Shown: positions 16,362-25,970, counted from the first letter of the stretch. The stretch is DNA of 64,000 nucleotides from a virus (IMGVR_UViG_3300031993_000004:213584-277583); one strand, 5' to 3'. A program made the numbers and translations. The notes: generated from the letters alone by a model not told the origin.

Positions 16362-18590
16362 TCATTGAGCCGATTCAGTGACCGTGATATTGTTGTTCTT
16401 CACAACATTGTGCAGATGCTGATCGAGATCCTCAGATTCTTTCGGATCAATCAGATTTTTGGCATACGTTGTTCCAATGTCTGTTTCTTCCAACTGCGAG
16501 AAGTTTGCGACAATCCATTCGCAATACTTCTTGACATCAGGATTGAGTTTCTCCCCAGAGTTTAACAGTTTCTTTGCAACGATCAACGAAGAATATGCGC
16601 GCTCTTCAGCCGATGGATGTGGATCGAATGACAATTTTCCGATCTCACGTTCCAACGTGACAAGCTTCTGAAGACGACCGCTGTCCATATTATTCGCAGT
16701 GAATCCTCTGAAGTCTGGACCCAGATTCATGATGACTGGGAATTGATACATTGAAGCAAACAAATCCGCATAGTATTCGTCTTTGTCAGTCTTTTTCATC
16801 CACTTCTCAAGTTCATGTGTCATGATTTCTTCAGACACAGGATCATTCGGAACGACATTACCACCAATGAAGATGAACATCAATCCCAATGGAACATGCT
16901 TCATTGGAATCAGTGCAAAGCCAACAATTGCCAAACCAATACCAATGATTTTGCGGATAATATAACCAGCTTTCTTGGCTTTAGTTTGACGAGCTTTCTT
17001 GGTCGGATCATTTTCTGCCACATATTTCTCAGCGGCAGCAATGTATTTATCAAGAACTTCAATGTTTGAAGAATCATTGATAACGACATTCTTCAGATCA
17101 GTAAGCTGACTCTTGTCATACTTCGTGGATGCGATTGCCAAAAGACGTTTTGCAAGCTTTGACTTCGTTGAACCCTTCATCTTCTTGGTACTCAACGAAT
17201 CAAGCGTGTTCACACAGTTCGAGATGATTGTGCGGCGCAGCTTCTTGTTGTCAGTTGACGATGCCATTGCAAGTGCGGATGAAAGCGTGAAGACAAACTC
17301 ACCGTTTTCCTTTTCCAATGAGCAAACAACATTGTGCCAAATCTCATGGAGGATGTACGATGTGACAACCTGGCCGAACAATTCACGATTCTTTGTTGCA
17401 GGATTCAGTCTGAAGACTTTTCCAGCAAAGTCAATATCGATCGGGGTTCCATGCAGTTGGAAACCTTTTGACTTTGAAACCGTGATTGGTTGGTTGATGT
17501 CATTTGCCCATGTTGTAGATGCATCGACCATTTCCCGACCCTTTTCGTCTCTGGTGTCATAAAAACGAATGGCAAGATGACAATCAAATTGTCGTTCGAT
17601 GCATCGAATACCTTCTTTGAATTTGTCATTTCTGCAGATGTCTTTCAAGGAAGGCTCGGTTTCCATAAAGGATAACCGAGCCGCATTAAAAAGGCTGACC
17701 GCCTTCATGATGTTGGTATTATCAAAACGCATGTGCTTCAGATCACTGATCGGGGGTTGTACAGACCCTGTCTCTGATTCCTGAATCATTGCATGTGTCG
17801 GTTGGACAAAATCAAATCCAGTTGCATGGAGAAGATCATATCCGAGCGTCGTTGTACCATCGAACTTGTCCATCAGATCCATGAAGTATGCGGACTCACC
17901 GATTTTCATGGAAAGGTCATTGGCAGTCTTGTCGATATCCATCTTGATATCATCATTGGTTTTAACACCTTGCATGATATCAGCTTCCTCGTCAGAGAAA
18001 TATGAACTCTTCTGAGGTTCCGGGGCCTTATCAGGTTCAGATATGAAATCAGGAATCTGCTTGGAAGATCTGAGTTCACGAACCTTTGCAAGTGCTTCCG
18101 GGCTGTTGTTCATATCCACCAATCCAGATGAATACGCAATGATCTCGCTGCCGTCAGCTGCAGTAAATCTGCCAACAACTTCACCCTTTGAAGGATCTGC
18201 CTGTCGTTGTGATTCAATCGCCTTATTCTGTGCGATCATGTTTGCTTGATATGTATTCAGCTTCTGATCGATACGTTGAGAAATATTATCAAGTACTGCG
18301 CCGATCGCACATACGATTGCTTTCGTATTTGCAGATGGATTCTTCATGTCCGGTGTTGTAATACAATCACCGGACACGCTGATCTGCTTTGCGCGATCAT
18401 CAACGATGATATTCGACGCAGGAATCTGATACATTGCAGCAACAGATTCCAACGCTTCAACAAGCGTGTTGGACTCTCTGATTGCTTTCTCAACAGCTTC
18501 TTTTGTAGGTGTGACAGAGTTTCCCTGCAATGTCACATTTGGTGCTCCGCTGTTAACGGGCAACGGGTTTCCTGCTTGATCAAGTGCCAT
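16362..18590 (-). CDS. Virion-associated zinc metallopeptidase, M48-like
   Basis: YILHEIWHN (HExxH), DEYYADLFA (third ligand E..AD), HPSAEER, two TM segments, MIQES processing site. Confidence 0.75.
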   Translation of the reverse strand: MALDQAGNPLPVNSGAPNVTLQGNSVTPTKEAVEKAIRESNTLVEALESVAAMYQIPASNIIVDDRAKQISVSGDCITTPDMKNPSANTKAIVCAIGAVLDNISQRIDQKLNTYQANMIAQNKAIESQRQADPSKGEVVGRFTAADGSEIIAYSSGLVDMNNSPEALAKVRELRSSKQIPDFISEPDKAPEPQKSSYFSDEEADIMQGVKTNDDIKMDIDKTANDLSMKIGESAYFMDLMDKFDGTTTLGYDLLHATGFDFVQPTHAMIQESETGSVQPPISDLKHMRFDNTNIMKAVSLFNAARLSFMETEPSLKDICRNDKFKEGIRCIERQFDCHLAIRFYDTRDEKGREMVDASTTWANDINQPITVSKSKGFQLHGTPIDIDFAGKVFRLNPATKNRELFGQVVTSYILHEIWHNVVCSLEKENGEFVFTLSSALAMASSTDNKKLRRTIISNCVNTLDSLSTKKMKGSTKSKLAKRLLAIASTKYDKSQLTDLKNVVINDSSNIEVLDKYIAAAEKYVAENDPTKKARQTKAKKAGYIIRKIIGIGLAIVGFALIPMKHVPLGLMFIFIGGNVVPNDPVSEEIMTHELEKWMKKTDKDEYYADLFASMYQFPVIMNLGPDFRGFTANNMDSGRLQKLVTLEREIGKLSFDPHPSAEERAYSSLIVAKKLLNSGEKLNPDVKKYCEWIVANFSQLEETDIGTTYAKNLIDPKESEDLDQHLHNVVKNNNITVTESAQ

Positions 18591-18607
18591 TATTCACACC
18601 TCCTTTA

Positions 18608-21600
18608 TTATTTTTGCTCTGTTCCTGGAGCTGGAGCAACCGGAGCTTGCGGTTGCTCCTCAGGCTTCACATAGTTTCCACTTTGATAACCCTTAAGGAT
18701 TTCAGTGTAGATCCTGTATGAAGTATTGAAGAAAATGTTCGTGATTGCGTTCATCACATTGATATGATAAATCTGCGCACACTGCTGGAAGATGTCGAAC
18801 AGTTGCTGTGCACGGCTCGTTGTTCCGCCATTGTTGTTGTCAGCTTCCTGGAAGAGATCGCCATTCACATCAGGCTCGGCCGACTCTGTTGTTGCCGGCT
18901 TCTGTGCAGCGGCTTCTTCCTTTTTGCGAATCTGCTCGAGAACCTTCATACCGTCCTGCAGAGACTTCACCATGACCTTACAGGTTTCATCAACAAGCTT
19001 CTGCGAATTCATGAGATCATTGACGAGCGTGTTCCATTTATCCACAGGAAGAGCACCACTGAACGACACATCTGCACCAGGATTGATCTTTCCATACAGC
19101 GTGTAATTCTGAACAGCTTGGGCCAATTGCTTTGTATCCGTCATCGCAGCAAGCTGTGCTCTTGTGTTATCATCACCTGGAAGAATCTCCTTCTTGATTG
19201 CGACAGCATCAACCGGAGTATCTTCGTCCTGATATGTTTGAAGTGCATTGCGGACAGCATCTGTTCTGCTCTTAATATCATTGAGCGGAATGTTGTACAG
19301 CGGGAAATTCTTCATAATCGGAGAGAACCGGTTATTCTGAATTGCTTTCGAGACTTCATCGTTTGTCTTCTTATGCGCATTCACCCACTGAACTTTCGCG
19401 CCATTGATCTTAGAGAACAACGGAGAGATATTTGCAAGTTTCTTCTGAATCCACTCGATGAATTGACGCATAACCGTTGCGAGTTTATTCAGAACACCAG
19501 TCTTCGGTACAGTCTGTTGACCGGTCTTCTGATCTGTGAACGAAACGGTTGGAGGATCAGGTTTTGCACCAGCTGTGGTACCATCTTCCATATAGACGAA
19601 GGATTCGCAATATGTATAACCAGGAATCATTGTATCTTTCATATCATCAGAATATGTGATGATTGTGCAGTGGTTATCATAAAGCTTGATGACATTGCGC
19701 GTGAAGCATTCGCCGAGAACTGCAAGGATATCTTTCACGAGATCCTTGTTTGCACAGTTCCAAGGCTGTTCATTGATCACTGCCATCATGACACCAGCAA
19801 TCTTCATCAGATTATTTGCCAGCTCTTCGTTTGTCTTCAATGAGCAACCACAATACATGCGATGCAGCATCTTGAGCGTGATTGCGATCGGATGACGATT
19901 CTCGTTTCCGAGCGTATCCATACGATAGTTGCCATCCATGAAGTTGTTGCCGTACGCGATCTTGTCGAGCCAGTTCACGTCCGTCAGGAATCCTGCACGA
20001 TCATATTCAAAACCGAGCGGACCATTGTGATTACCACAGCACGGACGGAAGTATGGTTCGAACATTTGCAACGTTGAAGAGCAGCTGAATCTGTCAGGAA
20101 CTTTCTTAACGGATGCAGCTTCAACGAGCATTGCATGAATCGGTGAGCGGGAGTCTTTCATGATGAAATGCAACGCGCTTCTCGTGTCTTTGAAGTTCGG
20201 TGTGCAATCTTGCAGAACGATGTTACGCATATTGCAATCAAATGGCATGCGAGAATGAATCCGCATATCTGGTTTGATGATGCAGAACTCAGTCACATAT
20301 TCAGAGAATGTCTTTGTGTCTGCATTCTTTGCAAACCGCTTCAGACGAGTTGTAACTGCAGCGGAATCATACATAGTGCACGGTCCCTCATACAGTTTCA
20401 CAAATTCGTTCGAATTCATGTTTGCAAGCGCCTTAGACATATCATCCGGAGACGGAGAAGCCTTGTCAGAAATCTTTCCGATGAACTCACCAATGATAGA
20501 GTTCACGAATGCCGAGCAGATCTTCTTGTTGTTATCGGTAGACTCCGCAGCATTGTCATTGAATGCTTTCTTTACCAGCAAACCGAGATCATATTTTGTC
20601 TTACCAGAATCAATGCGATCCTTGATAGCCTGCTTCATGTCATTGACAGAACGATTTGGTGCATAGAATCCGTAAACGCAAATCTCACCGGCGATGTTGT
20701 TCAGCATCTTGATGGATTCACGACGGAGACCCTGTGATGCCGGGGCATATTCGGTTGTCGCGAATGTATAGGAATACAAATGCTCGAGACCAGGATCGAA
20801 TGAAATTGCAGCATGCGACCATTTGGAATTTGTGAACTTCTTAATGGTCTTGGAGACGATGTTCGTTCCAGAAACCAGAACAACGTACACCGGCTTATTA
20901 CCGCGCGTAGAAACACTTTCCTGTGTGACAACATTTTCCTTATCCTTACGGAGGTATGTTGTCATCGGTTCACAATAACCGATCATTTGCGTCAGCATAC
21001 ATGTGTTCAAGCTGACAGTAAACAGGATGAATGTTTCAATGTAAGTCATTACCGTCTCACAGTTGCAGCATACAAACGATGCATTCTCTTTCATGGACGT
21101 TTTGATGACATCAGGAAGTTTGTTGACGATTGCCTTCATCGTTGCGCCGAAATGCATCTTGTTGATCGTCTCGTAATCCTTCTTTGCATCCTTTGCACGA
21201 CCTTCCATTTCATCCTGAGAGTACACGCATCTGTCGAAGAAGGTATTCTCGGTTTGAACCAGAAGATCCATGAGTGTCATGTTCCGTTCATCTGGATATG
21301 TTCCCTTTGCAAAGACATTATCCGGTGCAACGCAGTCGCCCATGTTCTTTGAAATGAACACTTTTGCCATTTCAACGGAGAATTTCTCCAAGTCAGCAAT
21401 GTCGCATGCGACCAGCTTCATGGAGATTGCAGTGAACAATTTCGAAATATATTCCGAAATATCGTTCGGCGTAATATACCGCATGTCGTAGCGGCAATTG
21501 CAGATGCCGTATTCTTCGCTGAATCCTTTGCCACTGACCAAACTTTGAAGATGGTCCAGTGTATCATCATATGTTTTGATAGCCTTTTCAAATGATGGTT

Positions 21601-21682
21601 TGAATTCAGGCGAGAATTCAACAGCTGGTTTTCCATCGAACTTGTTGTGATCCACAACAGCCGTTGTCTTAGTATCAGCCAT
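18608..21682 (-). CDS. Large virion protein containing a permuted papain-like NlpC/P60 (YiiX/C92-like) domain
   Basis: SKTIKKFTNSKWSHAAISFD...KYDLGLL...ICSAFV...SPDD in His-before-Cys order; VTQES, VTEF, YMED and LFQEA motifs. Confidence 0.75.
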   Translation of the reverse strand: MADTKTTAVVDHNKFDGKPAVEFSPEFKPSFEKAIKTYDDTLDHLQSLVSGKGFSEEYGICNCRYDMRYITPNDISEYISKLFTAISMKLVACDIADLEKFSVEMAKVFISKNMGDCVAPDNVFAKGTYPDERNMTLMDLLVQTENTFFDRCVYSQDEMEGRAKDAKKDYETINKMHFGATMKAIVNKLPDVIKTSMKENASFVCCNCETVMTYIETFILFTVSLNTCMLTQMIGYCEPMTTYLRKDKENVVTQESVSTRGNKPVYVVLVSGTNIVSKTIKKFTNSKWSHAAISFDPGLEHLYSYTFATTEYAPASQGLRRESIKMLNNIAGEICVYGFYAPNRSVNDMKQAIKDRIDSGKTKYDLGLLVKKAFNDNAAESTDNNKKICSAFVNSIIGEFIGKISDKASPSPDDMSKALANMNSNEFVKLYEGPCTMYDSAAVTTRLKRFAKNADTKTFSEYVTEFCIIKPDMRIHSRMPFDCNMRNIVLQDCTPNFKDTRSALHFIMKDSRSPIHAMLVEAASVKKVPDRFSCSSTLQMFEPYFRPCCGNHNGPLGFEYDRAGFLTDVNWLDKIAYGNNFMDGNYRMDTLGNENRHPIAITLKMLHRMYCGCSLKTNEELANNLMKIAGVMMAVINEQPWNCANKDLVKDILAVLGECFTRNVIKLYDNHCTIITYSDDMKDTMIPGYTYCESFVYMEDGTTAGAKPDPPTVSFTDQKTGQQTVPKTGVLNKLATVMRQFIEWIQKKLANISPLFSKINGAKVQWVNAHKKTNDEVSKAIQNNRFSPIMKNFPLYNIPLNDIKSRTDAVRNALQTYQDEDTPVDAVAIKKEILPGDDNTRAQLAAMTDTKQLAQAVQNYTLYGKINPGADVSFSGALPVDKWNTLVNDLMNSQKLVDETCKVMVKSLQDGMKVLEQIRKKEEAAAQKPATTESAEPDVNGDLFQEADNNNGGTTSRAQQLFDIFQQCAQIYHINVMNAITNIFFNTSYRIYTEILKGYQSGNYVKPEEQPQAPVAPAPGTEQK

Positions 21683-21736
21683 GTCGAAAATCTCCTTTAC
21701 ATAAATTTGATCAAAACCCTCTGCACAATGAGAGGT

Positions 21737-21750
21737 TTAACAGTTCGTTT
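21737..21750 (-). promoter_or_regulatory. Putative late promoter AAACG-N6-TAA
   Basis: Minus strand AAACG AACTGT TAA. Confidence 0.7.
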
Positions 21751-21806
21751 TCATATAATATAAAGGTATTCTTTTTCGTGAAAATTTTTTGATTTTTGAA
21801 ATATAT

Positions 21807-21989
21807 AATCATTCCCAGGAATGATTTCATATCATAATTCTTGGTAGTGTTATGGAAATTCTGCCAGGTCATTATAATTGGGATTATTTTTGATTTTTCG
21901 TTTGTCCGGGAAGCAACATTGGATTGACATCCAATGTTGGAAATAATAAAAATTTCGTTCACTTCGTTCACATCATTTTTATTATTTCC
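21807..21989. repeat. AT-rich inverted-repeat cluster (9-, 11- and 15-bp arms, plus TTCGTTCAC x2)
   Basis: AATCATTCC-ca-GGAATGATT (21807-21826); CAACATTGGAT-tgac-ATCCAATGTTG (21914-21939); GGAAATAATAAAAAT...ATTTTTATTATTTCC (21939-21989). Confidence 0.85.
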
Positions 21990-22087
21990 GGAAGATTTTA
22001 TAAAAGAATATCCGTCAATTGGTCGACAAAAATTTAATCTATTTTAATAGAATAGATGGAATCAATAGAAAGGAGGTTGCATATTCT

Positions 22088-22831
22088 ATGCGCAACACTC
22101 GTTGTCCTTTTTGTGGAAAGATATTTAACGATAAGCACAAGTATTGTGATCATATTGCGTTGAAACATAATGAACAGATACCTGACGATCAACAACCTCT
22201 TGAGTTTGCTTATTCATTATTGGTGCATAAACCAGTTGGCCGAATCTGTGTGATTTGTAGAAAGAATCCTGTCAGATTTAATAATGAGACATTGAAGTAT
22301 GACAGACTTTGTGACAATCCTACATGTAAAGATGAATATGTCAAACTCATGAAAGCCCGAATGGTTCGTGTACATGGGCAAGAGCATCTTCTCAATGATG
22401 CAGATATGCAACGTAAAATGATTTACAATCATCACAATGCAAAAGACTTTGTATGGGACGATGAACACAAGTTCCGGATCATAGGAACTTACGAAGAAGA
22501 CTTCTTGAGAAAGTTGAAATCAATTGGGTGGTCTCCAAATGACATTATCGCACCATCTCCAAACAATTACTGGTACAAATGGAAAGATGGTACAACGCAT
22601 TTGTACATCCCAGATTTCTATATTCCATCGCTCGCTCTGGAAGTTGAAATCAAGGAATCGGATAATCAACATCCGAGAATGGCACATGAGCGTGAGATGG
22701 AAGCGCTCAAAGACAAACGTCTTGCTGACGAAGAAAAGAAGACGAATATCCATTACATCAAGATTGTTGACAAAAAATATGATGATTTCATGCGAGACTA
22801 TGTTAAGTCCGATGAAAATAAACCTGATTAA
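22088..22831 (+). CDS. Zinc-finger PD-(D/E)xK nuclease, TnsA-N/T4 gp4-like
   Basis: CPFC..H...H C2H2 finger, a second CxxC...C....C cluster, YIPDFYIPSLALEVEIK; AAGGAGGT RBS before ATG 22088. Confidence 0.75.
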   Translation: MRNTRCPFCGKIFNDKHKYCDHIALKHNEQIPDDQQPLEFAYSLLVHKPVGRICVICRKNPVRFNNETLKYDRLCDNPTCKDEYVKLMKARMVRVHGQEHLLNDADMQRKMIYNHHNAKDFVWDDEHKFRIIGTYEEDFLRKLKSIGWSPNDIIAPSPNNYWYKWKDGTTHLYIPDFYIPSLALEVEIKESDNQHPRMAHEREMEALKDKRLADEEKKTNIHYIKIVDKKYDDFMRDYVKSDENKPD

Positions 22832-22845
22832 GGAGGATCATTAAA

Positions 22846-23691
22846 GTGGAAGGTAATTATATTTTGGAGGCTGTTGAGGCTATCGACAATTCAAGTATTG
22901 AGGCGGAGATCAATATTATTGATTCACTGATCAATGCGTATGTGAAGGAGTATACAATGCTCCAATACACTGATTCAGCTGTTGTCCAGGAAGCAGGCGG
23001 CATTAAGCTTCCGCCAAAAGATAAGGTCGTTCCGCCAACGGGAAGAAAAGGTGAATCTCTCATCAAAAAGATCGTCTTGTTCATTCCACGGCTGCTTATC
23101 AATGCTATCGTATTGATTTTGCGAGGTGTCGACAAGTTTGCTAAATTCATTTCCGGTTCAAAGAAAACTGACGAAATGCCGGTGCAGGTACCTTTCGTTT
23201 ATGAATTCTACATCTCGATGGCTGCATTGGATGAACCGGATGCGTGGCTGCGAGGCATGGTCGAAATATTCTGTGATGCTGATGTAATTGACGATATATT
23301 TGTTAACGAAGACGGTGATACATTTGCAGACAGACTCTTCAAAAGCACCACATCAACCCAGGTTAATATCTTGGATCTCACAGAAAAACTTATCGAAGAC
23401 ATGCGTGAATCTGGCAGTGATGAAGACATGACCAGAATGATACCATGGACTGAGGATCTACATAACCAACTGGTTGCATCAAACCAAGGTCTTGCTGGCC
23501 AACCGCGAAATATCGCGCGTCAAATGCGTGGTATCATTATGAAGCTGAATGCAATAAACTCAGAAATGAAGGACAGCAATCTTTATTCGGATGCAACTCG
23601 TGAAAACATCATGAAGCTCAGAAACGATATAATGTATATCGTAAATGTATATAACAAAGCAAACCAGGCATGTAATCCGCCAAAGGCTTGA
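22846..23691 (+). CDS. Putative internal head protein (propeptide family)
   Basis: GTG start, AGGAGG RBS; propeptide ending VVQEA followed by an amphipathic helix. Confidence 0.65.
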   Translation: MEGNYILEAVEAIDNSSIEAEINIIDSLINAYVKEYTMLQYTDSAVVQEAGGIKLPPKDKVVPPTGRKGESLIKKIVLFIPRLLINAIVLILRGVDKFAKFISGSKKTDEMPVQVPFVYEFYISMAALDEPDAWLRGMVEIFCDADVIDDIFVNEDGDTFADRLFKSTTSTQVNILDLTEKLIEDMRESGSDEDMTRMIPWTEDLHNQLVASNQGLAGQPRNIARQMRGIIMKLNAINSEMKDSNLYSDATRENIMKLRNDIMYIVNVYNKANQACNPPKA

Positions 23692-23729
23692 TCAGATTCT
23701 ATTCATGTAAAAAAAAGGAGGAATAACAC

Positions 23730-25958
23730 ATGGCGAAGCCGAGAAAAACTGAACTTCCGGATGAAGTTTTGAAATGGATGAATCCGGATATGGAAGATGA
23801 GACTACGTCGGGTAAGGGAGACGACGAAGATCTCGAAGTAACTCCCGAAGGCGTCGGTGCTGGAGGATTCACAAATTCTCCATTGGTGACATATACGAAG
23901 CTGTCACCATTCAAGAACTCACCGCGTAATCAACCGATCTCGAAGATCATCATTCATCACATGGCAGGCGTTGCATCAGTCGAATCATTCGGCGAGATTG
24001 TTACCGCTCCTGGTCGTGAAATGAGTGCAAACTATGCTATCGGTAACGATGGACGCATTGGTTTGTATTGCTCGGAAGAAGACAGATGCTGGTGCTCATC
24101 TTCTGCATGGGTTGACCACCGCGGAATTGCAATTGAAGTATCAAACTCCAAACTTGGAGAACCTTGGCCAATCTCCAAGAAAGCATGGGATTCTATGATC
24201 AATCTGTGTGCCGATATCTGCAAACGTAACAACATTCCGAAGCTGGTTTACACTGGTGACAAAACAGGTTCACTATGCTTCCACAGATGGTTTGCTGCGA
24301 CAGGTTGTGTTCCGATTGATACAACCGAATTGCTCACCGAAAAGGGCTGGCAATATCTGCGCGATCTGAAGATCGGTGATAAGGTCGCAACAGTAACTAC
24401 GAAAAACTTCTGCATCAAGTTCAATCCGATCGAGAACATGGTCACTCCGAAGTTGGATACGGTATACCATGTCGGTGATATGACGATCACACGTGATCAC
24501 AGAGTTCTGAATCAGGATCCTGGAAAAATGGACGGATACAACCTGAAGCAATATCAGCTGATTTGCGATGGTCCATTCTCCGTTCCGTGCGCAGGTTACA
24601 CTACATTCCCGGGACTGGACATCTCTTCTTCCGAGATGGTCTTCCTGTTGGAAATGCAGCGCATCGGAAATCTGTCTGACGATGGGAAAACTCTCGAGTT
24701 CTCATACATCACAGAAAATCAAGTTGGATACTTTGATACCCTGGTGAAGAACTGTGGGTTTGAATGCACCCGCACGCAGGATGATCTCGGACCGGTGGTT
24801 TTCCGCGTCACATCAATTCGCGCATTGTCTCTGGTGAATCGTTTCTTGTCTGGAAAAGACTTCACTTGGGAATGGCTGAAGATGAATCCGACACAGTTCT
24901 CGTATTTCATCTACAAAGTCACGACGCATGAAAATGGTACATGGAACAGACATTATCATTCTGCGTCGAATGTCAATGTTGATGTCGTTCAGGCAATCTG
25001 CGCATTGAACGAGCGTGCCACGAAGTACGATCCAATCGATGGCATCCTGTACGTGTCAGACACTGGAAGCCGCAGTGTGAATCCACGGGAATCTACAGCA
25101 CAGGAAAACATCATGGTTTCCTGTGTTACCGTTAAAGGTGAATGCTTCCTGATGCGCCAGAACGGAGTTACCACTTTGACCGGCAACTGTCCTGGTGAAT
25201 ATATCTTCTCCCGCGCACAGCAGATCTGTGATGAAGTTAATGCAAAACTTGAGGAGCTTCGTGATGAAGAAATGCAAGAAGCTCTGAAAGAGCAAGCTAA
25301 ACAGAAGGAAACTGCAAAACAGGAAGAAACACTTCCAGAAGTCGTTCCGGTTAAACTGGCAACGGGATGCATGGTTAAGTTCAATTCGCCGGATGCGACG
25401 TATTACACAGGTGCTCCGATTCCTGCATGGGTGAAGAATCAGAATTGGTATGTCACAAGCGTGATTGGTTCACGGGTTGTTCTCGGACGAAATGAATCCA
25501 ATAACGCAAATATCAATTCCCCGGTTGATGCAAAGTATCTGACAGTGATTGAAAATGCTGCCGCACAGCCGGAAAAGAAGTTTGTTCCTTATACGAAGAA
25601 ATTCATACAGGGAACAAAAATCTATGATATCAGCACCAAGATCGCAATTAAGATGATCACCGTTGCCGGCGTGTACACCATCGTCGATGAGGCTGTCACT
25701 GATGGTGTGAAGTACGGCAAACTGAAATCTGGTGCAGGCTGGGTGGTTTTGTCAGCAAATCCTAACATCACCAGCAATATCATCTGTGAAGGTGACACCG
25801 TATCGGTTATCAAGCCGATTACTTACGATGGGAAGGCATTCAATGTCTATGAGAAGTCATACAAGGTTCTCCGTGTCGCCGGAAACCGTGTCGTGATTTC
25901 TTCTGATGGAAAGAATGTCACCGCAGCTGTACAAGCATCGAATCTGATCAAACTTTAA
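23730..25958 (+). CDS. N-acetylmuramoyl-L-alanine amidase (Amidase_2-type endolysin) interrupted by an intein, with C-terminal cell-wall-binding-like domains
   Basis: IIIHHMAG, SANYAIG, IAIEVSN, HRWFAATG|intein|CPG; C-terminal IPAWVK..W and YTIV...YGKLKSGAGWV segments. Confidence 0.88.
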   Translation: MAKPRKTELPDEVLKWMNPDMEDETTSGKGDDEDLEVTPEGVGAGGFTNSPLVTYTKLSPFKNSPRNQPISKIIIHHMAGVASVESFGEIVTAPGREMSANYAIGNDGRIGLYCSEEDRCWCSSSAWVDHRGIAIEVSNSKLGEPWPISKKAWDSMINLCADICKRNNIPKLVYTGDKTGSLCFHRWFAATGCVPIDTTELLTEKGWQYLRDLKIGDKVATVTTKNFCIKFNPIENMVTPKLDTVYHVGDMTITRDHRVLNQDPGKMDGYNLKQYQLICDGPFSVPCAGYTTFPGLDISSSEMVFLLEMQRIGNLSDDGKTLEFSYITENQVGYFDTLVKNCGFECTRTQDDLGPVVFRVTSIRALSLVNRFLSGKDFTWEWLKMNPTQFSYFIYKVTTHENGTWNRHYHSASNVNVDVVQAICALNERATKYDPIDGILYVSDTGSRSVNPRESTAQENIMVSCVTVKGECFLMRQNGVTTLTGNCPGEYIFSRAQQICDEVNAKLEELRDEEMQEALKEQAKQKETAKQEETLPEVVPVKLATGCMVKFNSPDATYYTGAPIPAWVKNQNWYVTSVIGSRVVLGRNESNNANINSPVDAKYLTVIENAAAQPEKKFVPYTKKFIQGTKIYDISTKIAIKMITVAGVYTIVDEAVTDGVKYGKLKSGAGWVVLSANPNITSNIICEGDTVSVIKPITYDGKAFNVYEKSYKVLRVAGNRVVISSDGKNVTAAVQASNLIKL
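24306..25187 (+). mobile_element. Intein, 294 aa, with probably degenerate homing endonuclease
   Basis: Block A CVPIDTTELLTEKGW, block B TRDHRV, block F/G VSCVTVKGECFLMRQNGVTTLTGN followed by +1 Cys; removal restores HRWFAATGCPG. Confidence 0.92.
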
Positions 25959-25970
25959 CCAAAAAAAAAT

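Noticed and set aside
21924-21953. TTGACA as a host sigma-A -35 box
   Set aside because: It lies in the loop region of an inverted repeat, and the hexamer 17 nt downstream (TAAAAA) lacks the conserved final T.
21711-21971. 86-aa minus-strand ORF in the AT-rich gap
   Set aside because: No RBS, low-complexity Ile/Asn/Lys composition, and it overlaps the inverted repeats and a late promoter.
22088-22831. Tn7-like transposon implied by the TnsA-like nuclease
   Set aside because: No TnsB, TnsC or TniQ neighbours and no transposon ends. Stand-alone nucleases of this fold are common in large phages.
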